Positions 34,084-44,592 of a DNA stretch of 64,000 nt are shown here, piece by piece. The stretch covers positions 12,845 to 76,844 of IMG/VR virus record IMGVR_UViG_3300037225_000466; one strand, written 5' to 3'. This DNA is from a virus. Position numbers and translations under genes: made by a program. The notes below the pieces were generated by a model that saw only the letters and a program-made list of their open reading frames with translations, was not told where the DNA came from and did no database searches. The first letter of the stretch is position 1, and every line of letters starts with the position of its first letter.

Positions 34084-34742
34084 TTCAACCCTTTGATTTT
34101 GAAAAAAGCGTATTCAGTGTTGACGGCGTAGTTCTGGTAAATCTCGGCTACTCTTTTATAATCTACTGGCATTTGTAATTCTCGGCAACTGTCACATATC
34201 GGGAAAAGCAGACCATCAACTTTTTCAAGCTCGAAACCGTCCGCGGGTGCGTCGAAAGAGCCGCAGCAGCAGCATTGATAATATTTTAAAAAGTTGTGGT
34301 CGAATATTGAGGAACTATAAGGCATGTGTCTTGCTATGAAATCACGAATTTCCGATAGTCCGTCCGTCTCTTTCCTCACGATTAAGTTCCTGACTTGTGC
34401 CTTAAGGTCGCCCTGTGGGTTTTGCTGGGCTTTCATTAAGTATTCGGCGACTGAATGAGCTTCGAATCTCCTAATGTCGTCCATAAGGAATTCCAACTCA
34501 ACCTGTGAAATGGTTTGTAATTGATCGTATTCTTCGCCTGTGATTTTTAGATATTCGCAAATTTCTGGCTTACTCATTTTGAGTGTTGGGAGCATACGGG
34601 AAAGATAGTATTTCTGCGTGATTACAAGTTTCTCCTCTGCGAGAATTTGCTCGTGAAACTCTGTGATTTTGTCGTCAGATTTGTGGATTATCACAAGACT
34701 ACCTTCATCAATCGTACACTTTTGTCGCTTGAGCCGCCGCAA
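34080..34742 (-). CDS. Hypothetical zinc-binding protein
   Basis: CCCCG...PICDSC. Confidence 0.6.
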   Translation of the reverse strand: MRRLKRQKCTIDEGSLVIIHKSDDKITEFHEQILAEEKLVITQKYYLSRMLPTLKMSKPEICEYLKITGEEYDQLQTISQVELEFLMDDIRRFEAHSVAEYLMKAQQNPQGDLKAQVRNLIVRKETDGLSEIRDFIARHMPYSSSIFDHNFLKYYQCCCCGSFDAPADGFELEKVDGLLFPICDSCRELQMPVDYKRVAEIYQNYAVNTEYAFFKIKGLK

Positions 34743-34865
34743 ATGCTTTTAATCCATTTTTTTTTAGACTTATAAACCATCACTCTCCCGCAATGATTGC
34801 ACTTATAAAGATTTACATCTTTACCTATTGTGCCTACTCGCATTGGAAATTTTTCTTTCTTCATA

Positions 34866-35132
34866 TCAATCCCTCATTCTTGGTTTGAATTGGTCAGTAA
34901 ATTTTATAGGTCTCGTTATCCATATTGGTTCTTTTTTAGGTTTTGGTCTATATTGAATATCAAAATAACCTTTTTCTCCCTTATATCTCAATCCTATCCT
35001 ATCGTATCCTATTTTTTGCTCAAGGTTGTGAGAATTTCTTACAGCATTTATATCCCTAAACGGAATCATATTTGTTGTTTTTAATTCTTCTTCTAAATTT
35101 ACTTTTTCGATTTCTGTCTCTTCTGGTGTCAT
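34866..35132 (-). CDS. Hypothetical protein
   Basis: ORF track. Confidence 0.5.
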   Translation of the reverse strand: MTPEETEIEKVNLEEELKTTNMIPFRDINAVRNSHNLEQKIGYDRIGLRYKGEKGYFDIQYRPKPKKEPIWITRPIKFTDQFKPRMRD

Positions 35133-35133
35133 T

Positions 35134-35538
35134 TTAATTAAACTCGTGGATTCTATTTAACTTAGCATTTTTAAGTAATTTTTCCTTTAAAGTAATATCA
35201 TTCAAATATACGCACTTGCCTTCAAGATATAGTTTTGCTATATACTCTTTTAATCTAAATTTTGGTCTTGGATAAGGAAGTTTTGCAAAAGTTAAATACA
35301 TCCTTATCATATCATTATGTTTATGTCCGTGTTTACTTTTTATAATGTGATTTTTTATTAGACAATTTATGATTTTTAACATTATATAGTTATCATATAT
35401 AGTCTGTTTGTAACTTATCGGTTCTTCTTTTGGAAGAAGCTCTGACTTTTCTTTTCTTTGCATTAGCCTACGATTTCTCATTTTGTAGACCTCTATTTTT
35501 GCAAAAACTTGTTTTTTTTCATTTTTACTTAATTGCAT
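35134..35538 (-). CDS. Basic hypothetical protein
   Basis: ORF track; GCAGAGGA RBS. Confidence 0.55.
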   Translation of the reverse strand: MQLSKNEKKQVFAKIEVYKMRNRRLMQRKEKSELLPKEEPISYKQTIYDNYIMLKIINCLIKNHIIKSKHGHKHNDMIRMYLTFAKLPYPRPKFRLKEYIAKLYLEGKCVYLNDITLKEKLLKNAKLNRIHEFN

Positions 35539-35751
35539 AACATTTTCCTCTGCATCTTATATTAAGTAGCCGTTACCAAATACCAATAGATAGAATATCC
35601 TCTGCTAATATCTTGCAACATAGAATCTTAGTATTTTTCTGATTATGCAGTCTACCTGTCGTCATGTTGGGACGGAGCAGGATTCCAATTCTATGCCGTC
35701 TATCCTTGATTTACTTTTCATTTAAGGTTTCCCCTCGGCTGTTGAAATAAG

Positions 35752-35928
35752 TTATAAAGACCGTATATAAAAAAATTCCGACGGAGTTGTATAGCAGAGG
35801 ACCGTCGGAATTTTATCGGTAAAATTTCTTTTACCTACAAATTTATTTTTTATGTCAAAATTTTCTTTCATTTTCCTCTGCTTTATTTTTCCTATACGAA
35901 ATTAATACATTTTTATTTTATTTCCTAA
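35752..35928 (-). promoter_or_regulatory. Promoter plus structured leader 3 (uORF 35752-35871, terminator with antisense loop)
   Basis: TTAGGAAA-N16-TAATTTCG; 13-bp stem 35772-35784/35802-35814 with U-tract; loop pairs with 35874-35882. Confidence 0.7.
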
Positions 35929-35952
35929 TGAAAATTTTTATAATCCGTACAA

Positions 35953-38900
35953 TTACTTATTTTCCAAAAAATACTGCAAATTAATATTTGGCTTGTTCGA
36001 CTTCCTATATCTTACCTGCACCCCGCTCTCAGACTGCTTTTCGTAAGCGGACTGGACTGCCATTGCTTCATATTCTCTTCTCACCGCACTTTTTGCTCCC
36101 TCAATTACCTTCTTAAATTCAACGTCCGAGGTCCCTGGCGTTTGGTAATTTTCGCTGGGGTGGATTTTGGAATATAATTCCTGCCTGAATGTCGGGTCGT
36201 CTAATTTATCATCAATCTCCTTGATTTTTGCTTTGTATTCATCTTTGGTCTCTTTCCATGCGTCGATAATATCGTTCTTTAATTTATCAGCATTGAGGAT
36301 TGGCTTTCCGCCCTCTTGTTCGTTTGCGAGAAGTTCTCTCTCGGCTGAGTCCTTATTCCTCTTTACTCCGTCTACTATAATTTCTACCCCTCCAACTCCG
36401 AGAGTCTTCTTGATGTACCGTGCCTGTAAGGCTGGAGTGTTTGTGGGATTTTTGTCCTCTCTCATTAACTCGGCTTCCCATTTTTGGTGCAGTGGCTTCC
36501 CAAGCCCGACATCCTGCAAAGCGTTGTACCATTTATAGTCTCCTGTCGGAGCACCTTCCTTATCGAGTTTTTTGCCTCCCGAAAGATTAAAGTATGCTTC
36601 AATTCCTCTCTGTGCTACTGGCGGGACGATCCCTCCCTGTGTCAAAGCTCCCCACAGTTTCTGAGAAACACTCTTATTGCCGTCGGAAACTTCATTGATA
36701 ATTTTTATAATAGAACTTAACATAAAAGGATTCCCGATTTGCCCTAAAACATCATGTAGGCTGAAATCCCTGTCCATTAACATTGAGAGTACATTGTATT
36801 CAGTTGCCTGCCTTAAGCTCTTTGCAAGGGTTCTGTCGATTCCGACTTTCTCTAAGCCGTTTTCTATATGTCTCCAGATTGCCTCGGTCCCTGTTTCTTT
36901 AGTCACACTCGGTTCATCTTTATTGTCTCCTCCTATTTGTCTCAGACCGTCATAAAGAATCCCTAATGCTGGCAAAGCCCTAACTCCGTGCATGAACATT
37001 CTTAGAAAAGACCTTGTTGTGAAATCTACAATGCCTCCAGCTTTTAACGGGTCAGCATGAAGAGCTTTCTGTGCCTCAATTAAGTAATGCCTGAAATTAT
37101 TAGCCGTCGGTAAAAAGAATTTGGTTATAGGAGCTAAGAGTTTTTGGTTTCTTATACCCTGTACGATTTTAGTTGTGTTTGAAGGTGTGAAACTTCCTTG
37201 TGCTTCGGCAATCCCAGAAATAACCTTATTCTCAATTTCTCTAATATACTGTTCCTCTGTGAGCCCGCTTCCTTCAAATGGATACTTAGCCATTAAAGCC
37301 TTCCGCATGACTATCGCTCCGACCTCTCTGCCGTTTCTCCATGCCTGCTTGGGCAACCAGAGCATTGCGTTCTGTACACCTCTTTGCAGGTTTGGGGTGT
37401 GCTCGCTTCTGAATAAGTTATCCGCTATTGTTTGACTCTGCATAACTCTACTGTCAATTTCTTTCTCTAATGAGTTTTTAACATTAATATCAAATGTTGG
37501 AGCCTTTAATTTTCCGAGCATTGATTTTATTTGTGCGGGTACGCCTTCCCAAATCGGAACGAATGTCGGGAGACCGTTGGACTTTAATAAATCAATAGTA
37601 TTCATTAGCACACCTTCAAGATGCCTTGCGTAGGTATTAGCATTGAAAGTTAAAGCCCCTGCACCTATCCAGTTAGAACCGCCTTGTACCCATCTGCCAG
37701 GGTCGTATACGCTACCGTCAGCCGTGGTAATTGTCCCCTGCCCTATTAATTGCCCAAAAGGGTTTACTCTTGGGGTTTGCTGGGCTTGCCTTGCCTGCTC
37801 TTCGAGCCACCTGTTATGCCTGTTTATTCCAGTCTCTTTATTGTTGATGGTCTCCAATAACTGCTTCTGTGCGGTTTTTGAAGTTGCATTTCTTTGTAAC
37901 TTATCGTACTGCCTTAAATTCTCGTGCTCCATGTTATTGTAATGAGCAACCACTGCCTTCTTGGGGCTCATTTCAGTATGAGTAAAGGCATAGTTTGGAG
38001 TGGGCTGTTCTATTGACTGTCTGCTTGAAAGCCTGTGGATTAAATTCGTGAACCTGTCGCTGTCGCCACTTTTTATAATCTCATTGACTTTGTCTATTTG
38101 CTCAGGTGTCATTCCTTCAAGTTTTTTAATGGTCGGTTCGTCGAGCTCAGACTTCCCGCCTCTGCTTACATATCCTAAAAGAACATTAGCATTTCTTTCG
38201 TTCTGGTTTAAACGATAAGGCATTTCCGTAGGGACGAAAGATTTGACTTCGACTTCGACCTTTCTCGGTTTCCCAGTTGCTGGGTCAATAGGAGTATCAA
38301 CTATTTCGCCTCGGTGGTTGTACATTTTATCAACTGTACCCTTGGCGTTGATTAACTTATCTTCGTTTCGGCTTCCCTCTGTTGGTTCAAATCCCAGTTT
38401 CTTTAATTCGGCTACATCGTTTTTTAGCATTTCTTTTCTGGTTTTATAGCCTTTGTGAACCCTTATTAAAGATTCTTCGGGTTTAACTCCAGCCTGCCTT
38501 ATATCCATTTGCCACTGATTTCCGCCACTGTTTAATTGAGGTATATAGTGGTCTGCTTCGCTGGTTTTCTGGAATCTGTCGTAATCAGCAAGATAACTAA
38601 CATCCTTTTTTAACTGAGCAATTTCTGATTTATAAGGACCAGCTTTGTCGGCAATCTGAGTCTTGATTTCTACATTTGCTTTCTTTAACTCCGCCATCCT
38701 TATTTTAATCTTAACGGGGCTCGCTTCGTTGTCGGTTGCAAGACGAATCTTTAACTTCTGCAACTCAGCATTATTCTTCTTGAAAGTTTTATTCTGGTCT
38801 GAGACCCACTTTTCTCTCTGAGACTTTACTTTCTCTAAAGCGGGCTTTGTCTCAGTGTCGATTTTCTTCTGGAGTTCGTCTCGACTAAGTAGTTTTTCTC

Positions 38901-41900
38901 CGAAAATAGAGTTATCAATTTGGAAGCGAGTGTTCTCGTTGTGGAGATTCCTCAATGCCTGATAACCGCTATACGCTTTCTCTGGGTCGAGCCCTAAATG
39001 AGCAAGCTCTGCCTTGATATTCGCTTCGGAAGTTATCCCTGCTTTCACCGCCGCCAAACCTTCTATTGCATCTTTATAGCGAAGCGGAGAAAGATTGCCC
39101 GCCTTCCTTTGGTTTGCAAGGCTTCTCTCTGCGTTTTTGACTTCGTTTATTGCGTGGAAGATATTTTGGTTAGCCTGTATGATTTTGCCAAAATCCTCGT
39201 GGCTGTAATTTTTGCTTAATTCTCCGTATAATTCTGCGGTTTTTGCATTGTGTATCCCAAAGGTTTTTTCTGGATAAACAAAAGTGTTCCAAGAAAATTC
39301 GCTTTCTTTTCGATTCAAAAGGGTCTTGAAATTATCAGGATTATAATGATTATTTTTATTAAAATTTGAGAGCATGGAATATTTTGAATTTGTCCTATCA
39401 GGCTGTTGCTCTTGCATCCCTTTGTTAACTTCACCTGCTGGAGTATTTTTGAAATACTCGTCTAAAGCACTGAGCTTTTTGCCTGTTTCGTGGGGCTTAG
39501 TCCCTCTGATTGATTTATAGACCTGTTTTATCCCTTCGGGGATATTGGCAGGGAAGGAATAAAGTAAACCCGAAAATGAGCCTTCGTTATTTTTTGCTAT
39601 CTCTGAATTTTTTGTAGCTTTTTCTACGCCCAAAGCCTCGGAAGGTATATCTAATTTATTATTTTTATATAAATCATCCATCATTTTATATAATTCTGGA
39701 TGAGCTTTAAACACCTCTTTCGCTATATTCAAAACGTTTTTATGCACTATGTTGGGATTTTTTACTATATGATACATCGATATAGCATTAGCCAGTCTTT
39801 CTTCTGCCAATTTATATATATTAGCTTTCGGTGCGTTTATATCCAAACTAATATCATTATATCCCTTTGGGAATACTTTTTGCAAGTACTTTATCCAGTC
39901 TTTCTTTATGTTTACATAGAGTCCATTTATCTTCCCACTTGAAATTTTATGTGAAATAGCATGCCCAAATTCGTGCATTAAAACATCAGCATTAGGCGAG
40001 CTTACTATGTTGCCATCATAGTGGGGCCATTCATTGTTAGAGATTTTTATATTACCTACAAGACCCCCATATTTATCCAAACTTGGAATTATTTTTCCTA
40101 TATCGGTACCCTTTATATTTTGCCCTACCTTTAATCCTGTCGGTCTATCGGGTTTATTAGCCGCAAGTCTTGCTCGTTTTTCTTCTAATGCCTGCCCTTC
40201 TCGAATCTTCATTTCTTTTTTATATCGCTTTAACTCTTCGTCAGACATCGGCTCACCTACCAAAATAGGCATATCTGGTTCACTTTTTTGTTTTAATGAT
40301 TTTTCCTCTTTGGTGGTACCAATAGCTACTTCACTTTTTTTTTCAGTTTTATCTATTATTCTCCCCGTTTCAGGCGGGTTCGCCGAACCTTTTTTAAGTT
40401 TTTCTTCTGTATAAGGTTTGATTAAACCCTTGCCAACTTTGTTGTTAAAGAAATTAGTTCTATCCCTTAAACTAACAACCCCATCTTTATCGATTGTGAG
40501 ATACACATCTTTCGGGAGTAAGTTAGTCTGGATTACCGAAGCCCCGTCCCCTCTGGGTCGAATTGCATTTTGTATTTGCTCAATATCCTTTTGCAAATCT
40601 GGGTCAATTCTAACTTTATTCGCAATTATATTGGGATTCTCTTCTATTGCCTTTTTGTCAATATAAGTTTCTTTGGCTGAATCAAAAGGTTTTGTAGCCG
40701 TTTCGAGTTTTCTGGATTCGTTCTTTGCTAATAATTGAGGAGACTCTACTTTTGGAGGTTCGGTTTTTTGAGTCGCCACTTCTTGTTTAGAAGGCTTGCC
40801 TTCAATCGCACTCTCTTGTTCAAAAGATTTCTTATTCTCTGATGGAGGGTACACTTTCCTCCCTTGTTCATCTCTTTGGTATATATCTGTTGCTTCAGCC
40901 TGTGGCTCAGAAACGGCTTCTGCCTCTGGTTTGACCGTTTCTATTGGCTTTGGAGTTTCGACGGCTCCTACGGGCTGCAATTCCTTTAAATCTGGACTTG
41001 CCTCAATCATGGTTTTTATCTTCTGCATTTTTTGTGCGGAAGTCATGCCTTGCGTTTTTCCTAATAATGGTGATCGGGTTCCATCGATGTCTTTGTGATT
41101 CTGGAGACGCCTGATTACGGTTTCTGGGGTCTCATTGGTCATAAGGTTTGAATAACGGGTGTTGACCGCTGCCTGCCTTAGAGCCTTTTCGTCGGGAGTC
41201 GTTTCTCCTTTTAAGTCTTTGGTGTTTATATCACTGATAGTTTCATTCACATTCTCATCTGGCATTACAGGTTTGTTGTTCATCCAGTCAGAAACAAATT
41301 TGCCGAATTCTTCGGGAGTGTCTGGAAGCCTTTGATTGATTTTTTGAAACTGAGCTTCCATATATTTATGACCTTCGGGATTTGAAGTGTCTAAATAAGG
41401 CTTAATTTTATTCCCGTTTGCGTCTTTAGTTATCTTTTCTCCGTTTGGAGCGTCAAAATAATTTTTTATACCGTATTTTTCCACAACTTCTGGGTGGTCA
41501 GCTTTTACATTATTAAGGTCAGCTTTTGAAATATTATCAGAAACATCAAAAGCTACATTTTTCTTCTCCTCTGGAGTGTAGGAATCAACAGGTCTGCCTT
41601 TTTCTGTATAACTCTCATTCGGGACGTCGGAAATTGGTGCTGAAAGTGCGGGAGTTGTTGGCGGTGCTTCATAACTTGGATTCGGAACTTCCTGCCCCGC
41701 TTTTGCCTTTTGTGCGACCATCATGTTCAAACGGTCAATTGCATCAGGGTCGTTTTCTATGACTTTTTTGTAGCCTCGGAAGAAATTGTCCATTTTCTTA
41801 ATTTTGCTTGCAGGCATTTCAGATATGTTAGTATAAGGCTTCCCGCTCTTGTAAGAATTTTGGAAATCCGTATAAAGATTATCTTTGGCAGTTTGCCCAG

Positions 41901-43221
41901 CTTTATCACCGTTTGCCTTGGCTTCCGCCATCACGTCATATACTCTTGCCTTCCATACGTCGGCATCAGTCCCGAAATCTTTGCCCGCCGCAATCCTCGC
42001 TTTTACCATCGGCAAGTCCATAGCTGTAAACATTACCGTTTGCAAAGCTGTGCCTTTTATTACGTTTTGCCAGTAATCACTCCAGCCATTTGGTGTTTTC
42101 CCTTCAAGAACATTGAAAGTCTCTGTCGCCGCAGTTGAAGGTAGAGAGATTGCCGCTGACTTTAACGCCGATTTCCATATTGCCTTCGGAATAGTATTTG
42201 TAGGGTCAGCCCAGATATTATGAGCTCCCTTTATAAATAATGCGTTCGTCATATAATCGACTGCGGTTTTAGCCAACGCCCCAGTTGCGGTAGATTTTTG
42301 GTCAAGAGCATCCTGTACATTCCCTATTGCCTGTGGGATAGTAAGTGCCGTGCTTGTGCCTATTGTGCCGAGTCCCGCCCCGCCTGTTGCCGCACCGATT
42401 GCTATTGCACCCGCTATATCGCTTGCCATCTGACCATATTGCCTGAGACTATTCTCGCCCGATGTCCCCTCTTTTAAAACTTCGGGTCTCACTACATTTT
42501 TTTGCTGAGTAATTAAATTCTGAATTTTATTGACTATATCCTCATAAGGATTCTGAACCCCCGTGAAAGCACCAGTAGTTCCAAGCGGAGTCCGTGCTTT
42601 TTGAGTTAATTGTTCGTTGGTCTGCGGGGCAACCATATTAATAATAGCATTTAATCCCGCAGTTGTTGCCTGCATCCCTGGCGTGATATTATTGACCACA
42701 TCCAATCCTGTAGTTGCCCAGTCTGGGAGTCCAAGGGTTTGAGTTATCCTATTTGAAATATCTTGCCCATATTTTATAGGTTTAGTATCACCATTATCGA
42801 CTTGCATAAAAGGCAGTTTTTCTGTTTTTATACTCCCGTCTAAATCTTTGTAGGTTCTATAAACTTTACCTGAATTAACCCCATCTGGTTGATACTGCAC
42901 CGCACCCTGATTCATCCATCTCATAATATTATCAGGAGTGTAGGCAACATTAAAATTGATATTAGGGTCAGGTTGATATGCTGACGGTTTATATTGAGCT
43001 AAACTATTTATCTTTTGTTGCACCTGCGAAGTTGTAGGTGTTAAAGAACCTGTGACCCAATCGGCAACGGGTTTGACCACCTGCGTTGCCATATTGGTCA
43101 TATTATTGAAAGTCTTACCTAAATCATCAAACCAGCTTCCGCCGTTGGATTGGGCGGGAGTTTGCGGTTGCTGATTTTGCTGGGCTTGATATTCGTCGCC
43201 GCCCATCCATTTATTACCCAT
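35953..43221 (-). CDS. Giant internal virion/ejection protein (large polyvalent protein-like) with zincin motif
   Basis: 2422 aa; Gly/Ala-rich helical region; LMHEFGHA...EERLAN; last gene of the ejection cluster. Confidence 0.7.
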   Translation of the reverse strand: MGNKWMGGDEYQAQQNQQPQTPAQSNGGSWFDDLGKTFNNMTNMATQVVKPVADWVTGSLTPTTSQVQQKINSLAQYKPSAYQPDPNINFNVAYTPDNIMRWMNQGAVQYQPDGVNSGKVYRTYKDLDGSIKTEKLPFMQVDNGDTKPIKYGQDISNRITQTLGLPDWATTGLDVVNNITPGMQATTAGLNAIINMVAPQTNEQLTQKARTPLGTTGAFTGVQNPYEDIVNKIQNLITQQKNVVRPEVLKEGTSGENSLRQYGQMASDIAGAIAIGAATGGAGLGTIGTSTALTIPQAIGNVQDALDQKSTATGALAKTAVDYMTNALFIKGAHNIWADPTNTIPKAIWKSALKSAAISLPSTAATETFNVLEGKTPNGWSDYWQNVIKGTALQTVMFTAMDLPMVKARIAAGKDFGTDADVWKARVYDVMAEAKANGDKAGQTAKDNLYTDFQNSYKSGKPYTNISEMPASKIKKMDNFFRGYKKVIENDPDAIDRLNMMVAQKAKAGQEVPNPSYEAPPTTPALSAPISDVPNESYTEKGRPVDSYTPEEKKNVAFDVSDNISKADLNNVKADHPEVVEKYGIKNYFDAPNGEKITKDANGNKIKPYLDTSNPEGHKYMEAQFQKINQRLPDTPEEFGKFVSDWMNNKPVMPDENVNETISDINTKDLKGETTPDEKALRQAAVNTRYSNLMTNETPETVIRRLQNHKDIDGTRSPLLGKTQGMTSAQKMQKIKTMIEASPDLKELQPVGAVETPKPIETVKPEAEAVSEPQAEATDIYQRDEQGRKVYPPSENKKSFEQESAIEGKPSKQEVATQKTEPPKVESPQLLAKNESRKLETATKPFDSAKETYIDKKAIEENPNIIANKVRIDPDLQKDIEQIQNAIRPRGDGASVIQTNLLPKDVYLTIDKDGVVSLRDRTNFFNNKVGKGLIKPYTEEKLKKGSANPPETGRIIDKTEKKSEVAIGTTKEEKSLKQKSEPDMPILVGEPMSDEELKRYKKEMKIREGQALEEKRARLAANKPDRPTGLKVGQNIKGTDIGKIIPSLDKYGGLVGNIKISNNEWPHYDGNIVSSPNADVLMHEFGHAISHKISSGKINGLYVNIKKDWIKYLQKVFPKGYNDISLDINAPKANIYKLAEERLANAISMYHIVKNPNIVHKNVLNIAKEVFKAHPELYKMMDDLYKNNKLDIPSEALGVEKATKNSEIAKNNEGSFSGLLYSFPANIPEGIKQVYKSIRGTKPHETGKKLSALDEYFKNTPAGEVNKGMQEQQPDRTNSKYSMLSNFNKNNHYNPDNFKTLLNRKESEFSWNTFVYPEKTFGIHNAKTAELYGELSKNYSHEDFGKIIQANQNIFHAINEVKNAERSLANQRKAGNLSPLRYKDAIEGLAAVKAGITSEANIKAELAHLGLDPEKAYSGYQALRNLHNENTRFQIDNSIFGEKLLSRDELQKKIDTETKPALEKVKSQREKWVSDQNKTFKKNNAELQKLKIRLATDNEASPVKIKIRMAELKKANVEIKTQIADKAGPYKSEIAQLKKDVSYLADYDRFQKTSEADHYIPQLNSGGNQWQMDIRQAGVKPEESLIRVHKGYKTRKEMLKNDVAELKKLGFEPTEGSRNEDKLINAKGTVDKMYNHRGEIVDTPIDPATGKPRKVEVEVKSFVPTEMPYRLNQNERNANVLLGYVSRGGKSELDEPTIKKLEGMTPEQIDKVNEIIKSGDSDRFTNLIHRLSSRQSIEQPTPNYAFTHTEMSPKKAVVAHYNNMEHENLRQYDKLQRNATSKTAQKQLLETINNKETGINRHNRWLEEQARQAQQTPRVNPFGQLIGQGTITTADGSVYDPGRWVQGGSNWIGAGALTFNANTYARHLEGVLMNTIDLLKSNGLPTFVPIWEGVPAQIKSMLGKLKAPTFDINVKNSLEKEIDSRVMQSQTIADNLFRSEHTPNLQRGVQNAMLWLPKQAWRNGREVGAIVMRKALMAKYPFEGSGLTEEQYIREIENKVISGIAEAQGSFTPSNTTKIVQGIRNQKLLAPITKFFLPTANNFRHYLIEAQKALHADPLKAGGIVDFTTRSFLRMFMHGVRALPALGILYDGLRQIGGDNKDEPSVTKETGTEAIWRHIENGLEKVGIDRTLAKSLRQATEYNVLSMLMDRDFSLHDVLGQIGNPFMLSSIIKIINEVSDGNKSVSQKLWGALTQGGIVPPVAQRGIEAYFNLSGGKKLDKEGAPTGDYKWYNALQDVGLGKPLHQKWEAELMREDKNPTNTPALQARYIKKTLGVGGVEIIVDGVKRNKDSAERELLANEQEGGKPILNADKLKNDIIDAWKETKDEYKAKIKEIDDKLDDPTFRQELYSKIHPSENYQTPGTSDVEFKKVIEGAKSAVRREYEAMAVQSAYEKQSESGVQVRYRKSNKPNINLQYFLENK

Positions 43222-43231
43222 ATTCTACCTT

Positions 43232-44581
43232 TTAATATTCAAAATGTCCTATACCCCACCTGTGAGCCGCCTGTAAAGCACCGAATGTTCTGCCGACCGT
43301 TCTTATAATATGTTCGCCTACTTGATGGGCGTCTATATATTTATCTTTCTGAAACGTATCATTATGCCCATGATAAATAGGAAGAATCTGCCCTGCATTT
43401 TGCTTGGCAAATTCCTCGCTTTGGTCGAGCACCCATGTTTTTATGGGCATCGCCTCTTTCCCTATTGTTATATTGCCATTATTCTCTTTCACTATATCCT
43501 TCCAAGTTTTGCCCTTGTCCTCAGACATACTTTTGTTCAATCCCCAAGGTTTTCCATTTCTACTGGGAATTAAAGCAGCGGCTATTTTTTGAGAGGTCTC
43601 ATCTGCATTCGGGTCGTTCGCTACCATATTTTTATAGTCTTGAATCCGCCTGTTCATAAAATCGTCATATTTTTGGTAAAGTCCTGAATTTTTCCAGGCG
43701 TCCCCATAGCGTCCCCGAAACATATAAGAATTATTAGCCATCTCCCTATCAACATCATGCTTTGTCGTTGTTCCGCCTCCTGGGTCTCCAAAAATTATAG
43801 TATCAGGAGCCGCTGGGTCAAACGGTTTATAATTTTGCCCTTCTTTATTAAAGTTATATAACGCTCCAGAATCTGGCGGTTTTGTTTGTGCTGGCGGATG
43901 AGGATTGTGTTCCCTGCTTCTCAACTCCTGAAAATGAGAAATCTCATATTTCGGTTCAACCAACTCAAAGTTTTTAGGATTCATAACAGGCAACGGTTCT
44001 GGATTACCTGTAAATATTTCTCCACTGGCATCCCTTGACCGCCCTAATGCCTGTGCCTGCTCTGTATTTATTATTGAAGAAAGCGAGGAATTTGGACTCT
44101 TTCCAGTAACCAAATTATTCCAATCTTGGAGTCTTTGATTCGCCTGCTTCATTATATTCCTATTCTCATCGAATTGTTGCATGGCTTGTCCAATCAGACT
44201 TCTCGACCAGTCAACTTGTTCCTGATTGACTTGATAGGGTTGAGTGGCACTTGCCTCAAAACGCTCCCCTGCATGGATATTTTTAGGGAATACGCCTTTT
44301 ACCTCAGCTTCTGCGGGATTCTGAATTAGCCCCGAAGCCGATGTGTTCGGGACGCCGAATTTACTCGCATAGGATTGCCTCGCCCGTGCTTTCAAATCAT
44401 CAAAGGATTCCTCCCCTCCAGAACCTGTTGGCGGGGTTTCGGAAGCACCCGCTGTTTGGTCTGGCGTTCTTGTATCATATTGCATTGGCAACGTGCCAAG
44501 TCTTAATATTCCTTCTGGATTAAACGGCATTCTGTTTAAAACTGTTCCTGGAATTCCATTCATTGATGTCATGTCAGCCAT
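43232..44581 (-). CDS. Putative internal virion protein
   Basis: Position in the ejection cluster; essentially Cys-free. Confidence 0.55.
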   Translation of the reverse strand: MADMTSMNGIPGTVLNRMPFNPEGILRLGTLPMQYDTRTPDQTAGASETPPTGSGGEESFDDLKARARQSYASKFGVPNTSASGLIQNPAEAEVKGVFPKNIHAGERFEASATQPYQVNQEQVDWSRSLIGQAMQQFDENRNIMKQANQRLQDWNNLVTGKSPNSSLSSIINTEQAQALGRSRDASGEIFTGNPEPLPVMNPKNFELVEPKYEISHFQELRSREHNPHPPAQTKPPDSGALYNFNKEGQNYKPFDPAAPDTIIFGDPGGGTTTKHDVDREMANNSYMFRGRYGDAWKNSGLYQKYDDFMNRRIQDYKNMVANDPNADETSQKIAAALIPSRNGKPWGLNKSMSEDKGKTWKDIVKENNGNITIGKEAMPIKTWVLDQSEEFAKQNAGQILPIYHGHNDTFQKDKYIDAHQVGEHIIRTVGRTFGALQAAHRWGIGHFEY

Positions 44582-44592
44582 TTTATATCTCC

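Noticed and set aside
35665-35706. Possible further tRNA-like hairpin (gacgg/ccgtc stem)
   Set aside because: Only a 5-bp stem and no canonical T-loop.
35953-43221. Virion RNA polymerase (N4 or crAss type)
   Set aside because: I found no DxDGD or T7-like polymerase motifs; very remote homology cannot be excluded without a profile search.
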